Positions 39,248 to 52,595 of a stretch of DNA of 64,000 bases are shown piece by piece. Source of the DNA: Octopus sinensis. Lineage: Eukaryota. A program made the position numbers and the translations under genes. Below the pieces are notes generated by a model. That model ran no database searches and was not told the DNA's origin. It saw nothing but the letters and a program-made list of their open reading frames with translations. The stretch is from assembly GCF_006345805.1 (NCBI RefSeq), contig NC_043013.1, positions 15,562,001 to 15,626,000 of the forward strand. The letters are read 5' to 3'. Within the stretch, counting starts at the first letter, position 1. The number at the start of each line of letters is the position of its first letter.

Positions 39248-39900
39248 CAACTACATTGATGTCGATGCTGCTGCCCTTGCTACTGCTGCCCGCTGCTGCT
39301 GATGATAATGACGACGATGATGATGATGGTGATGATGATGGTTGCGGGGGATGTGGTGGTAAGGATGATGATGATGATTGATGATGACGACTACGATGAT
39401 GATGTCGAAGCTGCTGTCGCTGCTACTGCTGCTACTGCTGTTGATGACGATGAGGATAATGATGATGATGAGAACCACAACGACGACGACGACGATGACG
39501 ATGACGGCAATGATGATAATGATAGTAATTGCCAGTAAACGGTAAACTGTACATGCAACGCCACCTATACCATCACAACCACCACTTCTGCAAGCATCAT
39601 TTCAACCTCTACCACAATCATAAACTATTACCCCTCACCCCACCATCACCATCACCCCCCCCGTCACCACCACCACCACCACCACCCCCTCAACAACAAC
39701 AACAACACTAGCACTAATAACAATAAGAGGCAGCAGCACTAACAACAATAGGAACGGCAGCAACAACAACTGCACCACCATCACCACCGCCGCCGCAGCC
39801 ACCACCACCACCACCACCACCACCACCACCACCACTGTGGCTGTTGCTGCAGCTGTTTTTTTGCTATTGCTACTATTACTAATATTATAGTTGTTATTAA

Positions 39901-40110
39901 GGCGACGATCTCGCAGAATCGTTAGCACGCCGGGTGAAATGCTGACCGGTATGTCGTCTGCCGCTATGTTCTGAGTTCAAATTCCGCCGAGGTCGACTTT
40001 GCCTTTCATCCTTTCGTGGTCGATAAGATAAGTACAGTTGAACACTGGAGTCGATGTAATCGATTATACCTCTCCCCGAAATTTGCTGCCCTTGTGGCAA
40101 AATTTGAATC

Positions 40111-40173
<63 letters not shown>

Positions 40174-40290
40174 CATTATTGGTTATTGTTAAGGCGGCGA
40201 ATTGACAGAATCCTTAGCACGTCGGCCAAAATGCTTAACGGCATTTCGCCCGTCACTACATTCTGAGTTCAAATTCTTTCGAGGTCAACC
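39901..40290 (+). mobile_element. SINE A copy with (TTA)n tail plus partial copy
   Basis: Core match; second head at about 40192. Confidence 0.75.
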
Positions 40291-40583
40291 GAAAGGAAGC
40301 AGTCAGAATTTTGGATACTCCTTTAAAGCGTTTGCGTTCATTTATCGAACTCCTCAAAACAAAATGAAAATGATAAAAGCTCAACGTTTCCTTGTTTATT
40401 TATATGAATCGGATGTTTTTTGCTTTGTTTAGAAAAGGAGAAAAATTTTGGGAGGTAAAAAGAGAGAGGAGAGAAGGAAAAGCAAGGAGGGGAAAACAGA
40501 CAGAGAGGGAAGTTTCAGGAGAATCAAGAAAGAGGAGGAAAAGTAAAGTAGAGGCTGGGGGAAAGGATAGATAGAGATGGATG

Positions 40584-40635
<52 letters not shown>

Positions 40636-40902
40636 AAGACAGATTTCATTTCAATTTCACGTGGTCAACTGAAATTTCATTACAAAGCACTTTCTCTTCT
40701 TTTTTTCTCTTCCTCCTCTTTCCTTTCTCATTGTATACCTATCAACATATTTTAGATAAACACATTTTCTCGAAAGGGCTAGATGACCTTTTAAGAGGTA
40801 AGTCTTACGAAGTAGGATGGGAAAGATAACAAAAGAGAGGAGGGTGCAGTCATCACGGTAACGTTTGAAAATAAAAAGATTTCAAAGTCCAATGAAAATG
40901 TA

Positions 40903-42502
40903 CAGTTGCGGCCAAAATGTTCAGAACGGCATTGTTTTTGTCAGAAAAGTAGATATAAGTTTTTAATAAAGTTGTTTTATATTCTATAATTTTCACAGAC
41001 AATAAATACGATATTAATTGGCATTGTCTGAGATTTTGGTGTAATTTGAGTGGATAATACAAAAGTTATGGATGATATAGCGATTTACTGCAAAACCCAT
41101 TGCGGCCAAAATGATCAGAACGATTGAAAAAAATAACAAAATAATCAAAAATGACAGAGAATGCTGGAATTATTTAATATTTAGTGTGAACCCCTTTAGC
41201 TTCAATCAAACTTTGACATCTTCGACTGCATGAGGAAATTAAATTTTTAATTTCTTCCTGAAGGGCATTCCATAATTGCTTGGTTGTTTTAGGATTTCTG
41301 GCTTTCGAACTTTCTCCAAGAATATCCCACACATTTTCAATAGGATTGAGATCTGGGCTTTGAGCAGGCCAATCCATAACAATAACCTTTTCAGCCTTGA
41401 GGAAGTTCATGACCACCTTAGCCTTGTGACATGGGGCATTGTCCTGCATGAATATGGGCGGTCACTTAGTTGAATTTCTCAGCACAGGCAAGACATGATC
41501 TTTTACAAGTTATTTATAAACTCCTGCATTTACCTTTCCGTGTAATCAAACCAAAGGGCCCACACCATCTCCAGATATCACCCGCCAAACCATGATACTT
41601 CTTCCACCGAATTTAACACTAGTCTTAAGGCATTTTAGGCGACAATTTTTCACCTACATTTCGTCGAGCGTACCTTTTCCCATCTGAGCCAAATAACATA
41701 GACTTAGATTCATCACTGAAATGCACCGTTTGCCATTTTTCTTGAGACCACAACACATGTTCGGTTGCAAAGGTAAGACGACACTTTTTATTCTTGAAGC
41801 TGATCAGTGGCTTCACTGCAGGTGCTCTTGCTTGTAGGTCATGTCCAACTAAACGACGAGACAGATTTTCGAGATAAAGTTTTCTTCAGTACAATGCTCA
41901 TTTCCCGAGAAACAGCAGCAGCAGCTTTAAATCTGTCCTTTTTAACCAACTTTACCATAGCACGATCTTCTCTCTTGGTTGTTTTCTCGGCCTACCTGAG
42001 ACTTTCTTGGCTTCACAGAACCACAATCATCGTAGACCTTAAAATACCGTGAATAACACTTTTTGACTTAACAATCTTTGCAATAGACCCAATACTTAAA
42101 TTATCCTTCTTTCGAAGCCTTAATAATCTGCTGACGAATTAGTAACGGAGTAAGTGGCATTGAATTAACAAAGTACACTGAAGATATTCTTACGGCGTGT
42201 TTAATAAATGAACCGTCACGTAAACAAATTAAAAACATTAGAGTTCGTTGGTTAAATATACTAAAACATGGAGTAAAAGCAACCGTTCTGATCATTTTGG
42301 CCGCAATGGGTTTTGCAGTAAATCGATAAATCATCCATAACTTTTGTATTATCTTCTCAAATTACACCAAAATCTCAGACAATAACAAATAATATCGTAT
42401 TTATTGTCTGTGAAAATTATAGAATATAAACAACTTTGATAAAAACTTATATCTACTTTTCTGACGAAAACAATGCCGTTCTGAACATTTTGGCCGCCAC
42501 TG
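40903..42502 (-). mobile_element. Full-length Tc1-family (IR/DR type) transposon with frameshifted transposase
   Basis: TA-flanked CAGT...ACTG ends; about 220-bp TIRs each with outer and inner GCGGCCAAAATG.TCAGAACG repeats; minus-strand VHFSDESK, QDNAPCH, WPAQSPDLNPIENVW motifs. Confidence 0.92.
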
Positions 42503-42699
42503 TATATTCCGTTACACCTGTATAGTCAGATCCTATATTCTGTGTAAGTTTTGCACGAACAAACATTAAATATTAGTACAACATTCATAAATTAGGAAAA
42601 TCAAGTTAGAATGTAATTGTTTCGCCAATGTAATTTTCCTTGCAGCCGGGGCAAGTAATGCAGTATATGAGATTCTGTGTCTTGCAGTTCATATCTACT

Positions 42700-43400
42700 T
42701 TTACTTTGAACGAGAATCCGCTCTTGAATACTGGACCTCAATCACCAACACAACAATTGAGTCATCTTTTGGATATAGTCAAAAAACCGTTATGCTCATA
42801 AAATCCCAGCGATATACGGGATGGCATAGATTTTCGCTAGCACTTTCTACCCACTGCCCCAGAAGGTATTATACTTACAAGCTTTGAGGTCAACAATCTT
42901 TACACTAATATACCTCACACTTTGGGCCTGGAAGCAGTCAAACACTAGGCAGAGAAACATAGAGGATGGATAAATGAACGCTTCAAAACTTACCTCATCA
43001 CCAAGGCCACACGTCTGGTACTAGAAGAAAACACCTTTAGATTCGATAATAAAGCATATCGACAGATAAAGGACACGGCTATGGGGACTAGGTTTGCACC
43101 ATCATATGCTAGCCAAGTCATGGGATACTTGGAAGAAAAGCTTTATGAGGTGGTAGAGAGAGTTTTTAATCATGATTGCAAGAAATACGTCATTAAAAGG
43201 AGGAGACGCTTTCTCGATGACTGCTTCATCTTTTGGGACAAATCAAATGAGGACCTACAAATATTTAATATTATACTCTACGCACTTTACCCAACCATCA
43301 AATTCACGACAGAAACCAGTTGTAAGGAATTACCATTCCTGGATATTCACATAAAAATACACAACCCCACAGTCACAACAGACATATTTTACCAGAAAAA
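42700..43400 (+). pseudogene. Penelope-like element reverse transcriptase fragment
   Basis: RQIKDTAMGTRFAPSYA..MGYLEEK...RFLDDCFIFW...TIKFTTETS..ELPFLDI are PLE-type RT motifs; upstream frames disrupted (SFEVNNLYTNIP then stop). Confidence 0.8.
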
Positions 43401-43765
43401 AACAAAAACAAAATCAAAAGGAATATACATTTTCATAGGACTCTAAAATATTATTTTCAAATTATGCAGTGATGGCCGCACCCTTCTCTCTTTTGTTATC
43501 TTTCCCATCCTAGTTCCTAAAACTTACGTCTTGATAGGTCACCAAGCCCTTTTGAGAAAATGCGTTTATCTATAAATACGTTGATAGGTATACAATGAGA
43601 AAGAAAAGAGGAGGAAGAGAAAAGAAGAAAAAAATGCTTTGTAATGAAATTTCAATGGGTTGGCCACATTAAATTGAAATTAAATCTCTCTTTCTCTTTC
43701 CCTCTCTCTTTCTATCTATCCTTTCCCCAGCCTCTGCTTCACTTTCCTTCATCTTCCTTGATTGT

Positions 43766-43865
43766 NNNNNNNNNNNNNNNNNNNNNNNNNNNNNNNNNNN
43801 NNNNNNNNNNNNNNNNNNNNNNNNNNNNNNNNNNNNNNNNNNNNNNNNNNNNNNNNNNNNNNNNN
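43766..43865. other. Assembly gap (100 N)
   Basis: Exactly 100 Ns, a usual placeholder for a gap of unknown size. Confidence 0.99.
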
Positions 43866-44437
43866 CAGAGGGCGACTCTAATCGAGAAAATTTACTGAAA
43901 TGTATTTCAGCTATGATCATCCATTTTTTCGGGCATAATCTATCTAGGACTACATTATCCAAATTATACTTTTTTTTTAAAGAAAGAACTTAGGATATAA
44001 TTTGTAGAGTTGGCTGCTATTTCTTGCAAATTAGGTAACCAGGTAAAATTTTGCGTTATTGGTTCACACATTTGCTATAAGTCGTTATTTTTATCTCCGA
44101 GTCAACCCTGATCGAGAAGCGTTCAAGCTATGACCCCCCCACTTTTTTTGCGATAGTCTACCATGGACTACGTTATCTAATGTGTCCTATACTTAAGATA
44201 GTAGGAAGAAGGCACTTTAGTTACTTTTTCTTACAAGTCAAGCGACCGGGTGATCCAATCGACAACAACCTATAAATTTGCTTATAAATTAAAGTTCTAG
44301 CCTATAGCTTCCCTTATAGGTCTGTCTATAACTTCCCCTACGTATAGGTCTTTCCAATAAAATATAGTGTAGCTTATAAATGCTTTTATAAATCTCTAAA
44401 GCTTTTACCTATACAAGTTGTTAATATTTTCATACAG

Positions 44438-44581
44438 GTGTACAACGCTTTGAAGAATTATCACCCCAATTTAACAGTTTATCTCAAACATGATATTCCA
44501 GAAAGATGGAGACTAAAACATCATTACCGTGTACCTCCTATAATTGCTGTCGCGGATATAGGCTGGTATGTCATCACACCG
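44438..44581 (+). CDS. ENPP-family ectonucleotide pyrophosphatase/phosphodiesterase, internal exon
   Basis: TTTTCATACAG acceptor, GTAAGT donor; VYNALKNYHPNLTVYLKHDIPERWRLKHHYRVPPIIAVADIGWYVITP matches ENPP vy.k..iPer.....R..pi...a..Gw. Confidence 0.9.
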
Positions 44582-44739
44582 GTAAGTTTAATCATTAAAG
44601 GATTCTTCGGGTGGATTCTTTCGTTGTTTGTTGTTGCGGCACCTCCCCCCGCATATCAGATTCTTGTACAGCTGACACTATTTGCCTACTACACCACTAC
44701 CATATAACACCTATACAACAAAATTTCACTACTTTATTA

Positions 44740-45650
44740 CCTCAATACAACAATACCTAAATATCTCAGTACCTCAACGCACCAGTACATTTGTACTTCT
44801 TTACACCAGTGCTACAGTACCTCAGTACTTCAATATCTTAGTACCTCAGTGCACCATTACCTCAGCACCTCAGCACCTCAGCACCTCAGCACCTGGGTTC
44901 TTCAATATCTCAACGCTTCAGTACCTGAATACATGAGTGTCTAAATACCTCAGTACCTCAATACCTCCATACCTCAAAACCACAATATTTCAGTACCTAA
45001 GTACCCACTAAACACCATTACCTCAGTATCGCAATATCTCAATAACCCAGTGCCAAAATTCCTCAATGCATTAGTACCTCAGTACCTCACTTCACCAGAA
45101 CCTCACTACCTCAATATGCAAGTATTTCAGTGCCTCAGTACTTCAATACCTCATCACACCAGTACCTCAGTACCTCACTTCACAGAACCTCACTACCTCA
45201 ATATGCAAGTATTTCAGTGCCTCAGTACTTCAATACCTCATCACACCAGTACCTCAGTACCTCAATATGCAAGCACCACAGTACCTTAGTAATCTAGTGC
45301 CTTAGTATCTCAGACCTCGATGCATTAGCACCTCGGTACCCCGCATATCATATTACCTCAGCAATGCAGTACACAGTTGTACTCGGTGAAAAAGTACCCC
45401 ATTACACTTGTACACCTATACATCAGTACCTCAAACTTATGTCACCTTAAAACCTCAATATCACAGCACCTCAAGCACCTCAGTACTTCTAGAGTTCTGC
45501 ATTACAGTACTTCATTACTCCAGTACTTCAGAATCTCAAAATCCTAGAACCTCGATACAACAGCACTACAATACCTCATAAGCCAGATCTTCGGTACCCC
45601 AGTAAGCAAGTACCTCGGCACTACAGTGCAACATTGCCTCAGTGCGTCAG
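44740..45650. repeat. Degenerate 8-bp (CAGTACCT) tandem array with a higher-order duplication
   Basis: CCTCAGTA-like units throughout; near-exact duplication 45097-45180 / 45184-45265. Confidence 0.75.
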
Positions 45651-45991
45651 TAGTGCCATTAATGTAGAGGGGAGCATCTACGTAGTTGTTCGACTTGCTA
45701 GCAATGGCAACCAAATGTCCCTCATATCACGTGCTGTTGTCTTAAAGAAAGAACAATTTGCATAATGTAGTCTCTGCTCGGTGCATTCTATGTTCAGCAC
45801 AAACGACGATATCTTCGACTTAGGTCTGCTCTTTCAGAGCTGGCCTGGGGCTAAACAACCAAAAACAAAGCGCAGCAACAGCAAACACCCCCACCCCCCC
45901 CCCACCCCCACCACCACCACCACAAGAACAACAAGAACAACAACAACAACAACAACAACAACATTAAACAACAATGTTCGTTCTATTTTAG

Positions 45992-46097
45992 CCCGGAAAA
46001 CGATACCCGACTGTTGATGGACAACCGATCGGTGGTTACCATGGTTACGACAACGAAGAAACTGACATGAGAGGGATATTTACGGGTGTTGGACCGG
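45992..46097 (+). CDS. ENPP-family enzyme, internal exon with metal-binding HGYDN motif
   Basis: TTCTATTTTAG acceptor, GTGAGC donor; PGKRYPTVDGQPIGGYHGYDNEETDMRGIFTGVGP; phase 0/1. Confidence 0.93.
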
Positions 46098-46234
46098 GTG
46101 AGCCTTTGCAATGTTTAAGGGAATTTGATCTACCCGGGTACCGAAGTGGATGTCAAATCGCTAGTACGTGTGTGGACGTGTGGGATAATGCACATGAGTG
46201 GTGTGTGTGTGTGTGTGTGTGTGTTGTGTGTGTT

Positions 46235-46346
<112 letters not shown>

Positions 46347-46636
46347 TGTATGTGTCTGCATGTGAGACACTGGCTACTTGTGTGAACGTAAAGGATATAA
46401 AAGTGAGGCACTGGCTAATTGTATGAACGTGTGGAATTAAATGTGGAGTGGTTAGAACATTCGGCTCACTATCCTAAGTTCGTGAGTTCAATTACCGGCC
46501 ACGCGTTATGTCCTTGAGCGAGTCTCTTTATTTCACGTTGCTCCAGTCCACTCATCTGGCAAAGATGAGTAGTACCTGTATTTCAAAGGGCTAGCCTTGC
46601 CACATTGTGTGACACGCTGAATCTCCCTGAGAACTA

Positions 46637-47217
46637 CAGGGGTTGGACAAAATAATAGAAACACGTTGAAATTTCAAACAAATTTATTTTGATATGGGGT
46701 AGGACCACCTTTGGCAGTAATTACAGCTTGAATTCTACGAGGTATGGACTCGTATAAAGTTTGAATTGTTTCCAATGGAATTTTTGTCCATTCTTCAGCT
46801 AAAACAGTCTCCAGTTCTTGTAGCGATGATGGTGGAGGATATCGACTCATTAATTGTTGTTATAAAATGCACCATAAATGTTCAATAATATTGATTCTGG
46901 GGACCGTTGTGGCCAGATAAGATGTCCAAGTTCACTAGAATGTTCTTCGTACCATTCAGTAACAACTTTAGCTGTGTAAGTTGATGCATTATCATCCTGA
47001 AAGATTGTGTATCCCTCCAGAAACAGTTCTGCAACCATAGGATGAATTTGATCAGATAAAATGCTTAAATAGTCTTGACTATTAATTCAACCACGAAGGG
47101 AAACACTAATGATAAATCAAAAACCATAAAAATAAAGAAGCTTTTGACGGTTTTACAGGTATTTCAAAATTATGATGCTATGATGCGAGCTGCTTCCATT
47201 ATTTTGTTCAGTCCCTG
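46637..47217 (-). mobile_element. Internally deleted Tc1-like element inserted into a SINE
   Basis: TA-CAGGGGTTGGACAAAATAATAGAAAC / GCTTCCATTATTTTGTTCAGTCCCTG-TA ends; minus-strand IFQDDNAS..LIWPQRSP remnant; SINE-like sequence on both sides. Confidence 0.75.
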
Positions 47218-47458
47218 TATGTTAAGGGTACACGTGTCTGTGGAGCGCTCAGTCACTTGTATGTCAATTTCACGAGCAGGCTGTTCCATTGATCGGATCA
47301 ACTGGAACTCCCGTCGTCTTAACTGACGGAGTGCCCGTGCCAGGTTTGTGAATGTAAGGCAGTGGCTACTTGTGTGAACGTGTGAGATGGGGTTTCACTG
47401 CTTTCTTACATGAACGTCGTCACGCAGTTCAGCTTCCCAGTCGATTTTACATATATGC

Positions 47459-47514
<56 letters not shown>

Positions 47515-47655
47515 TATATATATATCTTATAATTAAGGGCTAAAGAAGGTTATTCTAAAGCCAATACACTGATTTACCCACTTATAATCCACTTGTTACA
47601 GGAAAATCGAACTGAAAGTGGGCAACTAACCTTTAGAAAATTTAAATTTCGTTAT

Positions 47656-47716
47656 CTCTATACGGAATCAATTTCGGAATTAATCCCTATAAAGGATACA
47701 TTCTTCTTCAGTAGAG
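47656..47716 (-). ncRNA. Degenerate type I hammerhead ribozyme motif
   Basis: Minus strand: CTCTA CTGAAGA AGAAT...ATTCC GAAA TTGATTCCG TA TAGAG; stem I and core intact, stem III poorly paired. Confidence 0.55.
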
Positions 47717-47906
47717 CTTACGAGGGAACATAAATAAAATACTCACATGTGATCATGGAAAAAGCAGAAGCTAAAAACACAACTACATTTAAGTACATCA
47801 TTTATATCTAAAAATAAAAATTCCTTGGTCAGTCTCAGAACAACGTGTTGACCTATCACCGCTACATATTGTGTGTGCGTACGTGTCTGTGTGTATACGT
47901 GTGTGT

Positions 47907-47948
<42 letters not shown>

Positions 47949-48242
47949 TGTGTGTGTACGTGTGTGTGTGTACGTATGTGTGTATGTGTGTGTCCCCTTG
48001 TAACAACCAGTGAGTTTACTACTAACAATATAGGATGAAGTCCCTTTCTCTACAGAAAAGGATTCCATCAAAAAGCGTGGCAGTATATTAAAAAAACTTT
48101 ACGGTTGAAGTATAAACATCTTATAATAAGGGCTAAAGAAGGTTATTTTAAAGCCAATACACTGATTTATCCACTTATATCACTTGTTACAGGAAAATTG
48201 AACTGAAAGCGGGCAACTAACCTTTAGAAAATTTAAATTTCG

Positions 48243-48336
<94 letters not shown>

Positions 48337-48697
48337 TATATAGATATATAACATTTGAGTAATTTTACATATGTGTCTATGTGGCTATGTATGTTGTCTA
48401 TGTTTATATGTGGATATGTGTATATGAGTGTGTTTTCATATATCTTTTACTTGTTTCAGTCTTTAGACTGCGGCCATGCTGGAGCACAAATCGCCCCCGT
48501 GGCTATAGTAGAAGACACTTGCCCAAGGTGTCACGCAGAGGAACTGAACCTGGGATCATGTGGTTGGGAATCCAAGTTCTTGTCACACAGCTACGCCAGA
48601 AAAAAAAATTATGCTGTATTGAAAATTATATGATTATTTCGCTTACTTTTTCATATTTTATTGTTAGTTTCTTAATGTTTTGCCTTCCTTTTGTCAG

Positions 48698-49212
48698 ATT
48701 TCCGAAAAAATGCAGTCGTACCTTGGCTCAATGCTGTAGACATCTACCAGTTCATGTGTGACCTCTTAAACATCGAGCCGTCACCAAATGACGGGGACTC
48801 TACTGTCACGAGACTCATGAGACCGAAACCTGCGCCACTTCCTCAACCTCCACCTCCCGTCACCTTCCCAGACGAACAGACAGAGAGCATAACAGTAATA
48901 GCAGAGACGACAGAAACAGCAACAGAAATATCACCCAAACTGCTGTCCACGCTGCGGCCACAATCATCGCCATTATCATTTTCATCGTTGTCATCATCGT
49001 TCGCAGGGAGAGAGGCGTCGTCTGAGAGCACACTCCCGCCAAAGCCAGCACCGTCATCACAAGCACCGTCCCAAGAGACTCCTGATTTTGTCAAGTCCTT
49101 TATGACACTGTCAACCTATACTGAAAACTCTGCATCGACTCCTCTTTTCAAAATCTACAATTCCTACCTGATACTCCTACTTGCCGTGATTTCTTGGCAG
49201 ATTCTTCAGTAA
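48698..49212 (+). CDS. ENPP-family enzyme terminal exon (ENPP4/5/6/7-like): end of catalytic domain, S/T/P-rich stalk, hydrophobic GPI-like tail
   Basis: CTTCCTTTTGTCAG acceptor; (D)FRKNAVVPWLNAVDIYQFMCDLLNIEPSPNDG is the ENPP C-terminal motif; ends YLILLLAVISWQILQ, TAA at 49210-49212. Confidence 0.9.
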
Positions 49213-49830
49213 AGGGATTCAACGCGAGAAAAAAGGGTCGATGAACCCCACCCCCATAGCTGATCTTTGTTTGGTTGAGTGTTTCTGTGTGCGTGTGCGC
49301 GTTTATGTATGTATTATGGATTATGCATATGGAGATATATACATATCTTATATATTATACATACATAAAGTATATGCATATATACATGTTTGATTATATA
49401 TATATATGCATATGTGCATATGTATATATATATATATGTCGTTTTTCTACCTATGATATACATTATATTATTTTTGTAATTTACTTAATCTTTACTTTTC
49501 ATTGTTATTTTAATTTTAACTTTTCTATTATATGTAATTTTCTAGATGGTGTAATTTAATTATTCATTTTGAAGTGATAAAAGGTAGTTTTTTTCTAAAA
49601 TTTATATATATATGTTAAATATATGTAAATACATTCATATATTCATATATAATATATATGTGCGTGTTTTTTGCGTATTTGCATGTATATATACATATGT
49701 ATAAGTTTATTACGTATACCTGTATATGTATGTAAATATATGAATGCATATGTATGTCTTTGTATCTATGTATATGTATATGTATATGTAATGTGGTATG
49801 TGTATGTATGTATATATATATATATGTATG

Positions 49831-49877
<47 letters not shown>

Positions 49878-49878
49878 C

Positions 49879-49936
<58 letters not shown>

Positions 49937-50654
49937 ATATATATTATATATATATATATATACTATATATATTATATATATATATGTATACATGTATGTA
50001 TGCATTTATGTACGTATGTATGTATGCATGTATGTATGTAGTATGTATGTTATGTATGTATGTATGTATGTATGTTTTATGTATGTACGTACGTATTTAT
50101 GTTTGTATGTATGTATGTATGTTGTATGTATGTATATACCTCTCCGGAAAATAGATCAGCAAGCCAGGCTGAGGTGAAAAGTTGAGACAACTACAAAAAA
50201 TATAAATTCAAAAACAAAAATAAACAACAAATATATAAACGAAATAAAATGAATTTTAAAAAAAAAAAACCCCCTTGTAATCATTGTGTGAGTTATGAAA
50301 AAATGGACAGTTTTCTCTTTTTATTCGTTGTACTTTTTAGTACTCTTGCTGTACTCTTTCTCTGTGATGTCATTTTGTATTATTCCAGAAGATAAACTGG
50401 CGTCTCTCATATCATTGCTCTATATTGTTGTTGTTGTTATTGTTGCTGTTGCAGTTGATAAAGCTGGTACTATGTACGTATTTGTTTATATCAACCTCTA
50501 GCTAGTCTAATTAGGGTAGCAAGCTTGCTTGCTATGCTGCACTGGAGGGGAAACATTTATATTAGAACTTATTTGGTTCCGGCTGATCTGAAAATGCCAA
50601 ACGAAGAGGTTACCAAGAAAAATTTGCCACGCATATATCTATGATACGATAAAC

Positions 50655-50965
50655 GTCGTCCTTTTCAAGCCTAGCCAGGCTCATGGGCCCGGTTTCCCGG
50701 TTTCTGTAGCGTATGTGTTCCCCCACCCCTGCTGGACGGGACGCCAGTCCATCGCAGCGTTGCTCAAGAAACAGGAAGAGAGAGTGAGAGAAAGTTGGGG
50801 TGAAAGAGTACAACAGGGGTCGCCACCACCCCCCTGCCGGAGCCTCGTGGAGCTTATTTTAGGTGTTTTCGCTCAATAAACACACACAATGCTCGGTCTG
50901 GGAATCGAAACCGCGATCCTCCGACTTCGAGTCCGCTGCCCTAACCACTGGCCCATTGCGCCTCC
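50655..50965 (-). mobile_element. SINE family B
   Basis: Reverse complement of the 6831/2278 copies. Confidence 0.8.
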
Positions 50966-50979
50966 ACATATATCTACGA

Positions 50980-51680
50980 GATTTTGCCTTTCATCCTTTC
51001 GGGGTCGATTAAGTAAGTACCAGTTACACACTGGGGTCGATATAATCGACTTAATCCCTTTGTCTGTCCTAACATATAAGTTTTTTTTTTTATTAGATAT
51101 AACTAGTCCAGGAACCTTTTGATACCTATTTCTTTACTACCCACAAGGGGCTAAACACAGAGACGACAAACAAGGACAGATAAACGGATTAAGTCGATTA
51201 CACCGACCCCAGTGCGTAACTGGTACTTGATTTATCGACCCCGAATGGATGAAAGGCAAAGTCGACCTCGGCGGAATTTGAGCTCAGAACGTAACGGCAG
51301 ACGAAATACGGCTACGCATTTCGCCCGGCGTGATAACGATTCTGCCAGCTCGCCGCCTTAAAAAAATTAACTTATATATCTAATCAATACACCGGTCTCC
51401 GCGTTCCTGCCACTTTGGAAAGTCGTTTCCCGTAAGCGAGTCGAGGACCTTCAGCGATTCGCTCTTGATCTCGACGACGGAGTTAAAAACGGCGACCTTT
51501 GAACTGCATTTCCCTCTTGGGGAAGAGATGGAAGTCAGTAGGGGTTAAATCGGTTACATTGACCCCAGTGCTCGACTGGTAGTTACTTTACCGACCCCGA
51601 AAGGATGAAAGGCAAAATCAACGTCGGCGAAATTTGACCTCAGAACGTAGTGACGGACGAAATTCCGCTAAGCATTTTGC
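50980..51680. mobile_element. Cluster of SINE A copies (plus partial; minus full 51128-51358; minus partial)
   Basis: Repeated core GACCCCGAAAGGATGAAAGGCAAAGTCGAC. Confidence 0.75.
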
Positions 51681-51871
51681 TCTACTGACACGCAGACACA
51701 CAAAAAATACACACATACACACATACACACACACACACTCATACACACACACACACGTACACACAGACACACACGCATACACACAGACACGTACGCACAG
51801 ACACTCACCCAGACACATACACAAGCATAACTCACACACAAAAACACAAGCACTCAGAAGCATACTCACAG

Positions 51872-51911
<40 letters not shown>

Positions 51912-52405
51912 ACACTTACCCACACATACGCACTATATACATGTACCCATACACAAAGACACACACACAAGCGTACAACACGCACACACACACACACACA
52001 TGCACAAACATACGCATTACCCAGTATCTTTAATCTGTGAAGTAATCTAAGGGAGAAAACTCTCATAAACTATTAGCATTCATCACCGACGAAAACGACG
52101 TCAAAATATTTTATTGTTCACGATACCATAATTTTTGCTTCTATTTTCTCCTCATTGAATTCCAGCACTTTTAAAGGAGGGGGAAAGTAAAGTTGTGGCA
52201 TACATGCGTTGTTAACGATTCTTTTTAATTTCTCAAGCGAAAAAATATATTTTATTACATTTCTTAAACAACGTTTTTGTATTATTTATTCATTTTAAGA
52301 TGAAAAAAAGTTATGTAACTTTAACAATCGGTGGGATTAGTAAAATTTTTGGTAGAAATGACTAATTTTGTCCCTCTTAGCGTGTGGCATGTATGTATAA
52401 TAATG

Positions 52406-52452
<47 letters not shown>

Positions 52453-52595
52453 TATATATATATATATATATGCGTGTGTGTGTGTATGTGTGGGTAATAT
52501 ATAAATGTATGTATGTATATATATATATATACAGGCAAATACACAGACACATCCATCCATCCATACATTACATACATACATACATACATACATAT

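Noticed and set aside
40757-40797. Possible plus-strand micro-exon DKHIFSKGLDDLLR with GTAAGT donor
   Set aside because: No ENPP or other recognisable similarity, and phase does not match the next ENPP exon.
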